This document shows, piece by piece, positions 27,481-41,416 of a DNA stretch of 64,000 nt (position 1 is the stretch's first letter; the number at the start of each line of letters is the position of its first letter). The DNA comes from Callorhinchus milii (taxonomy: Eukaryota), in the NCBI RefSeq assembly GCF_018977255.1, contig NW_024704743.1, positions 90,770,001-90,834,000 on the forward strand, in the 5' to 3' direction. The position numbers and the translations under genes are program-made. The notes below the pieces were generated by a model, which did not search any database, had not been told where the DNA came from, and saw nothing but the letters and a program-made list of their open reading frames with translations.

Positions 27481-28728
27481 GCGGGCCCTCGGGGCGAGTG
27501 AAGCTATTCCCACTTGTGCCGCACCGATCATGTGTGTCCGGAGACGCCCCATTCACAGTAGTGACACCAAGTAAACAGCTTGTAGCAACGCACAAAGGCC
27601 CGGGGCCCAGCACACTACATTTTTACAGGCTTGTAGCAGAGGGGGTCTGTAGTGGAACAGGTTGCTTGTAGCGGAGGGATATTTTTGTAGTGGAAGAGGT
27701 TATTTGTAGCAGAGGGTGTGTTGGTTGCGTATTCTGCAGAAAAAATGCGGCCGCTGTTTTCCATTGTCCAGGTCATGTTCCATTTCAGGATTGATCTAAT
27801 AGTCTGGACTGACTCTCCAGAGCAGTGCTGGATGAGGTGACCCACATTGGATTAAACGCTATACTCATCTGTCTGTTCAGCTGGACATTAAAGATCCCAT
27901 GGAACCATTCGAAAAGAGAAGGAAGTTTCTCCCAGTGTCTTGGCTACCAATATCCAGATAGAACTAGTCATTCACTTCACAGCTGTTTGTAGGACACTGT
28001 TGAGTGCAAATTGGCTGCCTCTTTCACGTACAAATACAATCACTAGACTTTACAGTAAAGTCCTGTGAAGCACTTTAAGACATTTTGAAGACATGATAAA
28101 GAACATGCAAGGATTATTTTATGGAGACATTTTCACTGCATTTTACTAAAAGAAATTCCCCTGTGTCCCCTCCCCTCTTCCAATAGTAAATGTATAAAAT
28201 GAGAGATTGACTGGAACTTGAAATGTATAAATGTTCTCTTCAATTAAAGTAACATGACACATCTATAATGAAGGCTAACATTGACTTATCTTAATGCAGC
28301 TGAAATCTTCCAGTTCTAACATGTTATGAAACTCTGATATGACAATGCTAAAAAGAGAAATTCCACCCGAAAACCAAAAGTGGATTATGTTCCATATTTG
28401 TACAGTTAAAGAGGAATTTGTGATAGTTAGGAATGCAGAGCATTCCATACACTGCTGAAATGGCCTTTGTTAAAGATTTAAAAGGTACCAGACGTGATAT
28501 GGTGCGGAAAATTAGTCCACCAGTCACTTTCATACATTATCCTTTGGATCTAGTTTCCAAGTAGTTGTTTTGTCTTCTCCTAAATAGCTACCATAGTGCT
28601 ACATTTAACTTTTAAATTGGTTCAAATTAAGACAACCTTATATTTTCAGTTTATCCTGGGGGTTCACAACAGCTTTCACAGTTTAGAGAGCAAATGGGTG
28701 TACACTAATCTCATCAATTCCTACTCAC

Positions 28729-28907
<179 letters not shown>

Positions 28908-29113
28908 TTACCAATTGATGAATAAATCTACATGACATTCAGCCAGCAGATCTGCCAGTTTATTGTCCCAGTGCAACAATGAATGAATTGCTGGTAATGG
29001 GGCATCAGTGAAATCAATACAGAACCACAAAGGTCCCAAGACCAGGAATATTGCCTTGACACAGCTTATATCAAGCACTTTGAGATGCTGCACCGCCTGA
29101 AGGACACTATATA

Positions 29114-29735
29114 GCCCGTCTCCGCCAATACCTCTCCCTAAAAGCCACTGAAACCCTGGTCCATGCCTTTGTCACCTCTCGGCTGGACTACTCTAACGCC
29201 CTCCTCGCCAGTCTCCCATCCACAATCATCCATAAAATCCAAATCATTCAAGACTCTGCCTCCTGCATCCTCACCCGCACAAAACTCTGCTCCCCGATCA
29301 CCCAGTCCTTGCCAGACTGCACTGGCTGCCTATCCCAGAGAGGATCGACTTCAAGATCCTCATCCTTGTATTCAAGTCCCTGCACTCCTCTGCACACCCC
29401 CTACCTCTCTGACCTCCTCTCTCCTCAAACCAGTTCCCATTGCCTTCGTTCCTCCAGGTCTGGCCTCCTCCTCATCTCCCGAGTCCTCCGCTCCACCCTC
29501 GGCGGCCGTGCTTTCAGCCACTATGTCCCGAGGCTCTGGAACTGCCTTCCTCACTCCCTTCGCCTCGCTCCCTCCCTTCCTATTTTCAGGTCTCTGCTGA
29601 AGACCTTGCTTTTCGACCGTGCCTTTGGACACCTTCCTCCCCCTCCCCCGGCTCAGTCCTGGGATCCGTTACTGTAAAGCGCTCTGAAACACCGTCCGGC
29701 GTGGAGGGCGCTATATAAATCCAAGTTGTTGTTGA
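29114..29735 (+). mobile_element. L2-clade LINE 3' fragment
   Basis: Encodes RAFSHYVPRLWNCLPHSLRLAPSLPIFRSLLKTLLF; tail gggcgctatataaatccaagttgttgttg. Confidence 0.88.
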
Positions 29736-31777
29736 ATATAAATGCAAGTTCTAATTCTTGTTATTTTAAAGGGAAATTGTTTTAAGGTGCATACTCAATC
29801 TCACCCTCTCCCAAATAAATGTCATTTTAATCCTTGTAATCTTTGTATTTGAAGGCTATAGAGTTAAGCATTTACATCCAATACATTGGAAAATTATCCA
29901 AGGTTCTTTATTCAGATTATATTTGCTGTTATCAGAAGTCGAACATTGCTTGATGTCACTGGTGTGTTGTTTTGATAAGAGCAGTGCCATACCCAGTAGT
30001 CTGTTGTCTTTGGGAGGTCAGGCAGCTAATCTGAAATGTTCCATGAAGGGAATGTGCTGAGCAATAGATGAGGTGTTTTGCCATCGTGAGGGGAGAACAA
30101 TCACCCTGAGAGTTACACAGCAGTACTGGCAGAAGCGAGGAACAGCTATGTACCTACCACTTGAGGCAGTGCTGTTATGAGGCTTATATCTGTACTACAA
30201 AGAGGTGGGGAATAGAAAGAGAGACAAGAAGATAAATCACACTTAAGTCAATACACTTTTAATATTGTGCAATAGACTTCTTGCGACTTCTAATTCATCA
30301 GCTCAAATTGCTCCCAACACCAGTTTGGGACCTCAAGCCACCAGCACTTACTTCATTGAAAAGCTCTCCTGAGACACAAGTCAGGAAGGACAAAATCTAT
30401 AATTGTACCACCGGATGTTATCCCGAGCTAAAGTGGATGCTTGGTAAAAATGTCACCTCCCAGCACTACATTTTGCTGAAATTGTAGTGCCAAAACTCTA
30501 TGGAATAAGTATAATTCAAAAAATAAACTAATAATGGGGGCTTAAGATAACAGCAGTATATATCGATTTAGATACTGACCAGTCACGCAATTATCAGAAA
30601 TTCACAATTATCTGGGATGGAAGTCGTCTGTTTAATGTTTAAAGGCTGCATTTATTAAAGAACATTTGATGAATCACAGGAAGCTTGTAATTGGCCTCCC
30701 GCAGCAACACAGGAAATGTGGCGTGTGTGAAGCCTGAACTGTAAATCCAAACTAATCAAAGCAGGAAACAAAGTAAACCAACAGCAACAACAATCGAAGG
30801 AAACCGGCTAAGGCACTATGATGTGCAGTGCAAAACTCCTCGGGAATGTGGCAATGCAATATGGAAACATTTGTGGGGCAACCTGTGCTGAATATATAAA
30901 TGATAAATATCCTCACATTTGGCTGCAATTTAATAAGAAGCAATCAGAACTTCCCTGAAGTAGCCCGCCACCAGGCTCGTGCACCAGAATCTCCAATTAC
31001 AATATTCTGTAATTGTCCCAAATGCAACCCTACCCATGTCCTTTATCTCACAGAAATTAGGTTAATACTGTATTCCTGTAAACCGGCACACACCATGTGC
31101 AAACAAAGTGCAACCTTTGGAATTGAGGAGATACAAGTCATGCAAACAAACCCTTGAAAAGATCTACTATCTTCATCATTAAAAAAAATTGTGACCTTAA
31201 TACATTTGAAAGTGTTGCAGCATACTTCACGATAAAGCTGCCTGTTCAGCTGACCACAGACTGGTGCTTGTTACCAGTACCGAGGATTGCTATTAGGCAT
31301 GTGGCAACATGTCAGCCAGCATTGATCTAAAACAGTCCCTCAACAATAGATAATGAAACAGCACTGTAACAATTGAAGCTTTCTTTGCAGACACTTTTGT
31401 AATCTACTTTCCCACAGTTTGAAACTTACCTCTACTTGTCCAACCTTGTTTTCACTGAAAGTTCATAACAAAACACGTGCATTATTCACCCTGCCCTGCA
31501 CACAAAGTTCATCGGTGAGGTTATCTTAGCTGTTCACATAACCCATTCTTTATCTTTCTGCATTCTAAATTATTCAAGCTTTCGTTATTTTAATCTAAAC
31601 AAAATATTTACTGGGCAACAGACAGTCTAAATGTTTTCTTCAAAAAAAACAAGCACATGATTTAGCAAAATAAACTAGACTACAAGAACTAGATTGATAC
31701 AGTTCACAAAAGGGGTCTGTGGTCTCAAACTCAGAATGGGGAAGATGAACAGACAGTTCAAATTGAACTTCTTTATC

Positions 31778-31987
31778 ATAATAAATAATAATCCTTGCAT
31801 TTGATATAGCGCTTTTCACGTCGGGAGGACGTCCCAAAGCGCTTCACGGAATATACTGTAAAGTGAATTGACTGTATATTTGTGGGCGAACGCGGCAGCC
31901 AAATGCGCACAGCAATGTCCCACAAACAGTCGTAGACTGAAAATGACCAATTTATTATTGTTTTTGGTGTTGGAGGGATTATTATTA
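31778..31987 (-). mobile_element. Young SINE, 3' two-thirds
   Basis: Reverse complement of the body and tail of 9916-10233. Confidence 0.9.
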
Positions 31988-32869
31988 TGATGAGCGTGTG
32001 CAGCAGGTTACCGGTGGAAACAGCTAAGTTGATAATTTCAAGGAGGAATTGGATAGGAAGAGACAATGGTGGAGATTGAGAGCATGAGACATCAAATCAA
32101 GCAAATGGTATTTAGAAAATGGGACCAGTCAGCCAGACAGTAAAAGAGGACAGTTGTTGGTTTCATCTAATAACATATTCAGAGTTGAAAGAATCTGTAA
32201 TCTTTCCTGATGGTATGCAATCCTACCTACCTAAGGGATGATTCCCACTTTAATTCAAATCACACCTTTTAAGATAAGACAAAGGGATCAATTTGAAACC
32301 CTCAAATTTGATTAAAAACTATACAAAGATCAGGAACCTCCACATTCAGCACCAGTGGGCATTGAAGAAAATTAAAATCGATATCTGACCATACCGCATT
32401 CTGCACCATTCCGATAACAAGATGGTCTAATGATGTAGCGCATGGATTCACTTTCACAATTTAAACTTCACGGTTGGCCTACCTCTCATAGGCACCAGGT
32501 AAAGCTGCTTCCCCAGATAGTCAGGGAGGATGAAACTCCGGAAGCAGGTTACCCTGGGGATATCCCAAATTTGTAGCAAACCTTTCCTACTCAATTAGTT
32601 GGTCAGGGATTATTACTTTGTGGAGGAGTTTGACAGTAAACTGGAAACCTGACCTCATTCCCCTTGTGACTGATAGTGGAGCAAATGGCTGCTGTGTTTG
32701 TCACCAAAATAAGTAATTACTTGTGAAGCACTTTGAGGCATTCTGACGCAATATATTTTCATTATGCCAGCCAGTCATTTAAATGTATAGTTTAGAGTTA
32801 ATTCATATTGACCAAGTGTTAAGTTTACAGATGAGAAGTGTATTTTTGTGTATCATTGTTGCCTCTCAA

Positions 32870-33700
32870 TCTTCACAGCTCTGTCTTTGAATGGTTCAGA
32901 TTGTACCTCTCACATCGCCTCCACTTCCTATCCACTAACAGTTTCTTTTCAAGCCCCTGTACCGTCTTGTGCGGCGTTCCTCAGGGCTCTGTCCTTGGTC
33001 CCCTCCTCTTCAATATCTATACGCTCCCTTTTGATGACATCATCCGCAGACATGGGGTCAACTTCCACATGTACGCGGATGACATCCAACTCTACCTCTC
33101 TGCCTCCACCCTTGACTCCAGGACCACAGAATATCTGTCAGACATCAAGTCCTGGATGAGAGCTAACTTTCTTCAGTTGAACGTCAACAAAACCGAAGCT
33201 CTCCTGATTGGCTCCCGTCACCGCTTCCACATCTCAGGCGCTGACAGCATCACCATCCATGGATACACACTCCACCTCACTGAGCCAGTCTGGAACCTTG
33301 GGGTCTTGTTTGACCCTCAACTGTTGTTTCTACCCCACATCTGCGCCATGACCCGCTCTGCCTTTCTCCACCTCTGCAACATTGATCGGCTCCGCCACTG
33401 TCTCACACCGCAGGTCGCCGAAATCCTCATACACGCATTCATAACATTGAGGCTTGACTATGCAAACTCACTGCTTGTCGGCCTCCCCAACTCCTCCCTC
33501 CATAGGCTGCAGATCATCGAGAACTCTGCAGCCTGTATCCTCTCCCGCACCAGGCTCCATGACCCTATCACCCCCATCCTCTCCCAACTCCACTGGCTCC
33601 CCATCACTCAGAGGGTACGGTCAAGATCCTGATCCTCACCTTCAAAGCCCTCCATGGAGCTTACTCCCACTACCTCTGCGACCTCCTAACCCCCGATCAT
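32870..33700 (+). mobile_element. L2-clade LINE ORF2 fragment (reverse transcriptase)
   Basis: ORF 32838..33632 contains GVPQGSVLGPLLFNIY, HMYADD, NFLQLNVNKTE, LDYANSLLVGLP, LHWLP; truncated and frameshifted at the end. Confidence 0.92.
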
Positions 33701-34089
33701 CTGGCCGCTCCCCCCACTCCTGCTTCACACCCCCCGCCTTGCCTGCCCCACCATTACAGTATATTCTGTGAAGCGGTTTGAGACGTCGAGATGTCTCGAT
33801 GATGTGATGAGGCGCTATATCAAATGTAAGGATTATTACTATTTAGGATCTGCTACTGGCTATCTTGTATTTAAACTCCCTTGTTTTGGACTCACCAACA
33901 AATAGAAACAGCATATTCATGTCTACTATATTAAACCCTTTAATAATTTTAAACACAATCTGGTGCTTTCTCAATTGCCTCATCTCCAGAAAAGAAACCT
34001 CTAAACTATCCAGTCTTTCTATTATATTGTTATACTACAGTAATTTCTCCTCATCAGTAACTGTGTATTTTGTAGGTGGAAGCAGAGAC

Positions 34090-34375
34090 TAACTTGTGCA
34101 CAACAATGTTCCACAGTCATGAAGTAAGTGACCAATTTTATTTGGAGGATTGTTGGCCAAGACACAATGGAAAATTTCCTTCTCTTTTCAATAAATGCTA
34201 TGAGATCTTTAATATCCACCTGAACAAGCAGATGGGACCTCGGTTTAAAGTCTCATCCGAAGTGAAGCATCTCTAGTAATGCAGCACACCCCCATCACTG
34301 CATTGGAGTGTCAGCCTAGCCTATGAGTTCAAAGATTCAATGTGGGGCTTGAATCAACAACCTTCTGACTCAGGT
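34090..34375 (-). mobile_element. DeuSINE-like relic near the exon 3 donor
   Basis: atctttaatatccacctgaacaagcagatgggacctcggtttaaagtctcatccgaa...aaccttctgactcag. Confidence 0.7.
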
Positions 34376-34432
34376 AGTACTTCAATTCAGGTTAAGAATT
34401 ATTTGAATGCTCACTATCAATAGCCATCCTAC

Positions 34433-34540
34433 CTGCAGTAATAATCTTTCATCTCCAACAACAATAGCTTGGTTCCAGTCAACGACTTCTGAAAATGGCA
34501 GCTCCCAACCGTTACTCAGCATCACTGGAATGCATGCAGT
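34433..34540 (-). CDS. EXT1: EXT1 coding exon 3 (108 nt)
   Basis: cag|ACT...CAG|gtagga; translates [36 protein letters not shown]. Confidence 0.97.
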
Positions 34541-34865
34541 CTGCAGGAAATGAATAGAAAACTATTAATAGATACAGCAAAACACAGAAACTGTGTCAGT
34601 GACAAGCATGCATATTGTTAAAGAATAATTTTTCAAGGGACATTAACTATTTTTGAACCTTGGCAAAATTTGTGTCACACAAAACTAACATGCAAGTATT
34701 CCTTGTGTAGCAGGCACTCAATTCCACTTGATTTATTGCTCTTGATTTTAGAATGTCAAACATTACAGAATAGAGATAAATATGTGCACGTGAATCTTAA
34801 ATGTATGATGCAAAGAGATGCCAGATCCACAGTGAAATTGTTAAAGAACTTCTATGGGACAATAT

Positions 34866-35201
34866 AATAATAATCCTTGCATTTGATATAGCACCTTACC
34901 ACATCGTTGAGCGGTCTCAAAGCGCTTTACAGGACATACTATAAAGTGTAGTGACTGTGTGTTTTGTGGGCGAAATCTACAAACAAGCAGGTTCCTACTT
35001 ACTGCTAGTTGTGGATTGAGCGACCAAGTTATTATTATTGAGGGATTATTACCCCAGGAAAGCGATCCTACTTACTGCTAGGTTTCAGAGGCATGTGTGT
35101 GGAGTAAGGAAACTTGCCTATGGCTTTGCCCTGACCCAGGAATCAAAACTAGGTCCTCTCGTTTGTGAGCCTAGCATTTTAACCACTACACTACAGGACT
35201 C
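34866..35201 (-). mobile_element. tRNA-head SINE, older subfamily, internally rearranged
   Basis: Head and tail present; cctacttactgctag occurs twice. Confidence 0.7.
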
Positions 35202-35681
35202 CACAAGTTCATGTGTTTAATACTGGTTGCTGTGAGTTCAACCACAGTGAGCTAAACAGTGGTTAGCAAGATGAGCAGACTGTGCGACGCTCTCTCACAC
35301 GCTCGCGGTCACTCACATGCTCGCGCTTTCTCACACGCGCTCTCACACACGTGCACTCTCACACGCGCTCTCTCACACACTCTCTCTCACATTTTGCTAC
35401 TATGGGTTATCAGGAAAAAATGAGGTCAGATACTGGGATTGCTTTAAGAAACAGCTTGATGCTCAATTGGGAAAGTGGTGGTAGGGTGAGTGTTGTGGAA
35501 GAGTTCTCATTTTAAAAACTTGCTTTGTATTCCTGTAAGCAAGCATCCTCACAGGGCACAAATAGTACAAATAAAACGTAAAAATGCTCAAATGCAAACT
35601 CCTGCACAATAAGCGACTTAGCCAAATGTTCAACGTGGATTAAGAGCTCAGTAAAACCTATTACTATGGAATATATTTTAC

Positions 35682-35775
35682 CTGCAAAGCCTCCAGAAAC
35701 CTGAAAGATCCCAGTCTGCGGCCCCTCGGAACCAAACAGAAGGTGGCATTGTGCAACATCTCACGGTAATCATAT
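35682..35775 (-). CDS. EXT1: EXT1 coding exon 2 (94 nt)
   Basis: cag|A TAT GAT...TTG CAG|gtaaaa; translates [31 protein letters not shown], matching the EXT1 GT47 domain including the PRGRR motif. Confidence 0.97.
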
Positions 35776-36535
35776 CTGGGAAAGAGCAAATAAAAACAGT
35801 TACCATTAGTTTTTGAAGCAGCTTCAAAAGATTGCGAGAAATTCTAATATTTTATTTCCAAGCTCGGCCTGCCTCTGTTGAAGTGTGCCTGAAATGGTAA
35901 AGTATACCATGCCACACCAATATTCCTCGTCTTATTGAGACTCCCCAAAAGAGAAGCCTAAATAGCATTCCAAATACTACAAAAGTTTTAAATTTACACC
36001 TTGTGGTAAAATCAAAGTTAGCCCTCTCTCTGTGAGAAGCTAACCTGCCCATGCCTGTAGATGTCTGAACTTGTACTGTATTCAAGCAATGCCATATTAA
36101 CCCACAACCATCATTGCATCTGATGAGACACAATTCAGAACATATCCAAGCTGTAGATATACCGTAACCAACTTCAGAGTAACCTGGACAGCACTGGCAC
36201 CAGGTTGTTGGGGGATAGGTTCATCAGTTCCAAAAAAGCTATACAACTGCAGTCCTGCATGTGAAGAAGCAAATTATCAAGTGCTATGTGGATCCTGATG
36301 TGTAGCACATAGCCAAGGCATTCAGGAAGTCTAGACCTCCAGTTCAGGTTGGCTTGGCACCAACTCAACAAGAGGGCATTTCATACACACACGCACTACA
36401 TTGCTGATTCAACTGCTAGCTCTTCACAGGTATGCCTGATGAGATTTAACCCATTTCCCAGGCATTTACACTGCTCTGTGAGATGGTTCAGTTCTCCAAT
36501 GCAGTTTGGGGCCCTCTTCTACCTTGTATCTGTAC

Positions 36536-36739
36536 CAATTGTGGCCAATCTATGGCCCGTGGGTGAGTCAAGAAGTGGCCCATCAAATATTTCCACTACT
36601 TTAGGTAAGTCTCTGTTAAATCAATATTTTTTTCCAGTAGCTACTGAATTGTGATATTTATGGTGTGGCCATAAACCAAGAAATATTCAATCAACAAACA
36701 TTTATTTGCTTGGCCTACCAAAAAGGTTGGCCACCACTG
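36536..36739. mobile_element. Short hAT-Charlie-like non-autonomous element
   Basis: TIRs caattgtggccaatct / aggttggccaccactg (13/16 match); degenerate 8-bp TSD atctgtac / ctctatac. Confidence 0.6.
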
Positions 36740-39700
36740 CTCTATACACTCTGCTCTGAATGAAACTAAAACAACGCATTCAGTTATATGAAGTTACAGG
36801 TTTTTCTAGTGGAATTTCAACTGTAAGCAGTGCAGAGTGGATCAATAGGCATGATCCCCAGTGTAAGCTAAGGCTCTTCAGCCTTAAAAATTATTGTCAA
36901 AAAAGTTTCGAAGGGGCCTTATAAAAGTAGATAATTTAATGGGATTCAGAAAATAAACCTGATACAATATTTTCAAATATAACAAGGAAGCAGCAAAACA
37001 GGGCATAAGTTCAGCGTTGTGAAGGAGAATTTTAGGACAGACACCAGAAGAATTTTTTCACAGAGGATAACTGACTGCTGGAATGTGTTACCAGAAAGTG
37101 GTACACAGTGCTCTCGTCTTTTCTGTTGGTACTTAAGGGTTGTGTTTTTCCCAGTACCAATCAAATCCTAGCCCACAGGCAGCGGAGAATAAATTTTTGA
37201 AGCTAAAGCCATTTCACGATCGCACAGGATGAGCACAAGGGAGCAAGCCAATTTTCCATTTAGAAACCCATAATTAGGGTGAATGTGCTGTTTAAGATCC
37301 ATTTGTTTAAACAACCACGTAGAGGTAATTTACACAAGAAAAGGTCACTGTGAGGAGATTGAGGGTGTCCCTGTGGAGATTAAATGAAGAAAGGCTGTGC
37401 TATATTAATTAAACCACAAAAAAAGGGAAATGCTTTTTAATATGGACTGAAAATTAATTGGGAGTACGAACTGGACAGCTCATGTCACAGTCTGGAGCAC
37501 AAAGTCCATGGTCCGTGACTGGTTACACCAAGATTTATATCAAAATCAAAACACTTTTTTCCCAGATTAAATTATACGGTCAAGATTAATTTGCAAAACA
37601 ATTCAGGTTACTCAAACCTGCATCCAAGAAGGAAGCTAGTTAATTAGCTGTGTGGGTTTGCATCCAATGTCCCACAGAATAAGATGAACAGAAAGCATCA
37701 GCTTCTTTCTGAGAATATTAAAACCATCCTATAATGTTACGGAGAGGGAAACCCCGCTGGCTGTTTCTCACCGCAATCGAAACCAGCTGCAGATACAAAC
37801 CTTCACACTGCACAAGGGGACTTTCCAGTTTTCTTCTATTTCTTAATATCTTAGACAGCAGATTGAACTTTAGGTCTTCACGTCTTGGCTGTTACCAACT
37901 CAACATCTAATACTCTCTGGAATTAGGTAACGGGGTTCGTCCCTTTATGAAGAGTGTGTTCTTAATGCCATTCCAGACACGTGTGGGTGACGTACATTGG
38001 TGGAACTCTCAGTCTGGTTTGGATATTCCTAAACACAGTAATTGATGTGTTTCCGCCTATCATATACCAGGGGACCGAAAATAGAGACTTGTGACCTGCA
38101 AGGAGTTTGTAGCGTATCTAGCCTTCTAATTGCCATCTGTGAATTGAATTAAAAATCACTGAAGTTCATCAAGCATCGCATCTCTGTACATACCAACTTC
38201 CTGGTGTCAGACTGGCTTAGTTGTTAGCAAGCTCCACTTTTGATTTCATAATCCAGGCTGACACCTCAATTCAGTATGGGGGAGTGCTGCATTTTCAGAG
38301 GTGTCATCCTTCAGATGAGATAATAAACCAAGGTCCAAATGTCACTACACTTTACAGTAAAATCCTGTGAAGCGCTTTGAGATGTTTCAACGATGTGATA
38401 AAGCGCGATTTCAAATGCAAGGATTATTTATGTTTCGATTTTGGAGTCCACCCATTTAAGATCAGCTCCATTTGGCACAATGCTTATCAACAGGGATAAA
38501 CTTCCTTTCAAATAAATTGAAGTAAAATTGTTATTATGAGGAGTGAGGCTTAGAGTTGATCCTGACAGTTGGTTGTAAGCCATCTAAATCGACATCCAAC
38601 AGCCTTTTATAATTAGGGTTGCTATTTTAAACGATTAAATCATGCGCATTCAGAATAAAGATTTTTATCCTGTTCTAAATCATCAACATGAGAAGATGGA
38701 TAAACAGGTGGTGAATTTTATCAAATAGATGAACCTGAAACATGTATAAATTATGATTTTAAAGGAACCTGTTGCTAAATGCAGTTCAAGACCTTTCACA
38801 CAAACAGAATTATAAAATGTAATTGTATTAGTTTCCAGTGTTTCCCTCATTTAGGTAAATGGAATCCTTAATTGGATAGTTTTTTCATTGTGAAACCTGG
38901 ACTTGAAGATCTATTGCTTCCCATTTACATGCTTCATCATGGTTTTAGTCTCCTGATCAATAGCAACCAGTAGCAGTCAAAATTCCCGCTGTTGATCCAG
39001 TCACCCCTTGACAAAGTCCTTACAGCATTAAGTAACAATGCAATTGTTTTGAGGGGCGGGGGTTGGGGATAGGAGAGAGAGACACGAGTAGTGTTGTATT
39101 CTATGCCGAAATTTGTGAAGTCAGGTCACCCAACCACTTTTGGAATCATAAGCTTACAGTTTACCAGGTGTTGCCTTTGAGATATATGCTTATGTGGGTG
39201 AGGGGGGATGGGGGAGGCGGAGGAGAAAAGGAAGTCATCTCCAGGCCAGCACATCTGGTTAATTCCTAATTCAATGCATTACAATTTCTAAATGTGAACC
39301 TCATGTTGGATCCTATTTTCTCACATGTCTCAACTTCCTCTGCTCCTTTGGAAAGAGTAAACTGAACACACCAAGTTAAAAGACGCTGCAGCTGAATTAC
39401 TGCGAGAGATTGACAGTCTCCCTTTTTTCAAAACAAAGGGATCCTTTCCTAACCACAGGAGAGCCCTGGTATAGCACCGCCCCATGCTAATAACTCGGCT
39501 CTCCTCTGGACCCACGTTAACCAGCTTTCAGTGCTCGAAATGGCCAATATCCGGGCAATCAAATCTCCATTGATGGATCTCTCAAAGCTCTTCACAGGAT
39601 TCACTGTTAAGTATGATGACTGTGTTTGTAGGTGATCGCAGCAGTTAATTTGCACACAGCAATGTACCACAAACAGTCATGAATTCAATGACCAAGTTTT

Positions 39701-40812
39701 TCTGGGGGAATGTTGGCCAGGATACTGGGAAAAACTCCCTTTCTTCGAATGTTGCCATTGGATACTTAGGTCCAGCTGAATAGAGAAGCAGACCTCAGTA
39801 TACTGTCTTATCTGAAGGATAAAAACACTCTTACATTTTTATCAGTTTCTCACAGTGCTGGCAATCTAATGAAAGAACATATTCGGAACTAAAAACAATT
39901 ACGCAGCCAAGCTGAAGGGTTACAAGACCACACACCAGTGGAAGTACCTCCACTATGTAATTTTGGTGCACTCTATTGCTTTAAACCTTTCACTCTCCAC
40001 AGTCGAGGCTGAGCACTGCTCCTTCTGCCTAAAGGTCAGAAGAAAGCTTCAAAATCGGCAATCAGTAAATTCAGTGCCCTCAGGAAATGCTGAGGTGTAA
40101 ACCTTTCAGCTGCTTTACACCTTCTGCATAGTCTACCAACTGCAATGCAGAGACACTCCCTCACTGAATGTCCAGGAATGGCCAATCAAGAAGTCAAAAA
40201 ATATTGATAACCTGTCAGATTTTTTTATAGCTTTATACTATGATTGATGATTACCTTTAGAAACAGTCAAGATCATGACCTTTAAACATGACAAACTGTT
40301 TCCCAAAGCAGTCTGCGTCGCTGCAATGCTACTGCAATGCAATGCACAAAAAGGGTTACAAGAACGCCAGTCTAGCTTGTAACTCTGGACGGCTTTACTC
40401 CATCCTCCCAATAACGTCTGCCCTCTAAACCCACTAGTGAAGCTGCTGGCCAGCAGCTCTCCACCCACTGTCAGTAGGAAAATATGTGGTACGTGATAAT
40501 TAACAATGGGTAGATCGGAAATAAAGGGGAGCCCTAAACTTTTATAATTCATCAATGAATAGAGATGAACATTCAGAAGTTGCACATGTTAGGAAGAAAG
40601 ATTGATAAGATTATAAATAAAATTGCTTCCTTGATCCCTTCAAAATTGAGGCTGAGGATAGAAAAGCCATTATGCCTCTCCTTGTACTGTACTGTTTTCA
40701 GAGCAGTATTGGCACAGCCTTGGTATCCAGTTACTCGGCTGTAGATAATACAAAGAACACAGGAATGGCAAGATCAAATAAACACCTCCATTACAGGTAG
40801 TAGTACGTAGTA

Positions 40813-41416
40813 TGGGAGAGAAGAGAGAGAAAACGAACTGTTCTGAACCAGTGTTTAAAACTACACTTTGCGCCAACTAAAATGTCATGGGAATTACAGA
40901 CAGTTCAGTTGTGAAAAGGCTTTGCCCCGTCCACATACCTCAAGCATTCTGAAGCTGATCACATGGCGTTTTAAAGACAGTGCATCTTAGGATACAGAGC
41001 CTGTATTCTCCACCACTAGGTTCTGGCTCTCCAGTTGTTGGAAACCTCGGAAACCTTAACCCTAAACCTCATAAGAACCGGTCCCTGCAGTCTGTGACAC
41101 AGAGTCCTGTGGCTCAGTGGTTAGAGCACTCGCTTTGCAAGTGAGAGACCTGAGTTCAATTCCAGGCAGAGGGCGAAACCTTGGGCAAGTTTCCTTACTC
41201 CACACAGAGCCTAATAATAATCCCTCCAAAACCAAAAACAATAATAAATTGGTCATTTTCAATCTACGACTGTTTGTGGGACATTGCTGTGCGCAATTGG
41301 CTGCCGCGTTCGCCCACAAATATACAGTCAATTCACTTTACAGTGTATTCTGTGAAGCGCTTTGGGATGTCCTCCCGACGTGAAAAGCGCTATATTAAAT
41401 GCAAGGATTATTATTA
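40813..41416 (+). mobile_element. Young SINE (41104-41416) with ~290-bp 5' extension shared with 52874-53485
   Basis: Direct comparison with the reverse complement of 52874-53485. Confidence 0.9.

Larger units (their letters stand above)
26225..27770. mobile_element. Non-autonomous hAT-like DNA transposon
   Basis: Perfect 8-bp TSD ggtcatgt (26217-26224, 27771-27778); imperfect TIRs ggacaatagaaaactgc / gctgttttccattgtcc. Confidence 0.7.
26164..28120 (+). mobile_element. DeuSINE-like element split by a DNA transposon
   Basis: Head at 26164-26224, body and tail resume at 27771-28120 (aaagatcccatggaaccattcgaaaagag...ttggctgcc). Confidence 0.7.

Noticed and set aside
27175..27552. Thr/His-rich and Cys/Val-rich ORFs
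   Set aside because: Products of the CA/TG low-complexity repeat.
27615..27845. Minus-strand peptide VQTIRSI resembling exon 4 (PSTIRSI)
   Set aside because: Chance similarity inside a DeuSINE relic; the real exon 4 is at 28729-28847.
32838..33632. 264-aa RT ORF as an active or domesticated gene
   Set aside because: No ATG start, lacks the endonuclease and N-terminal RT, and frameshifts at the end; a decayed L2 fragment.
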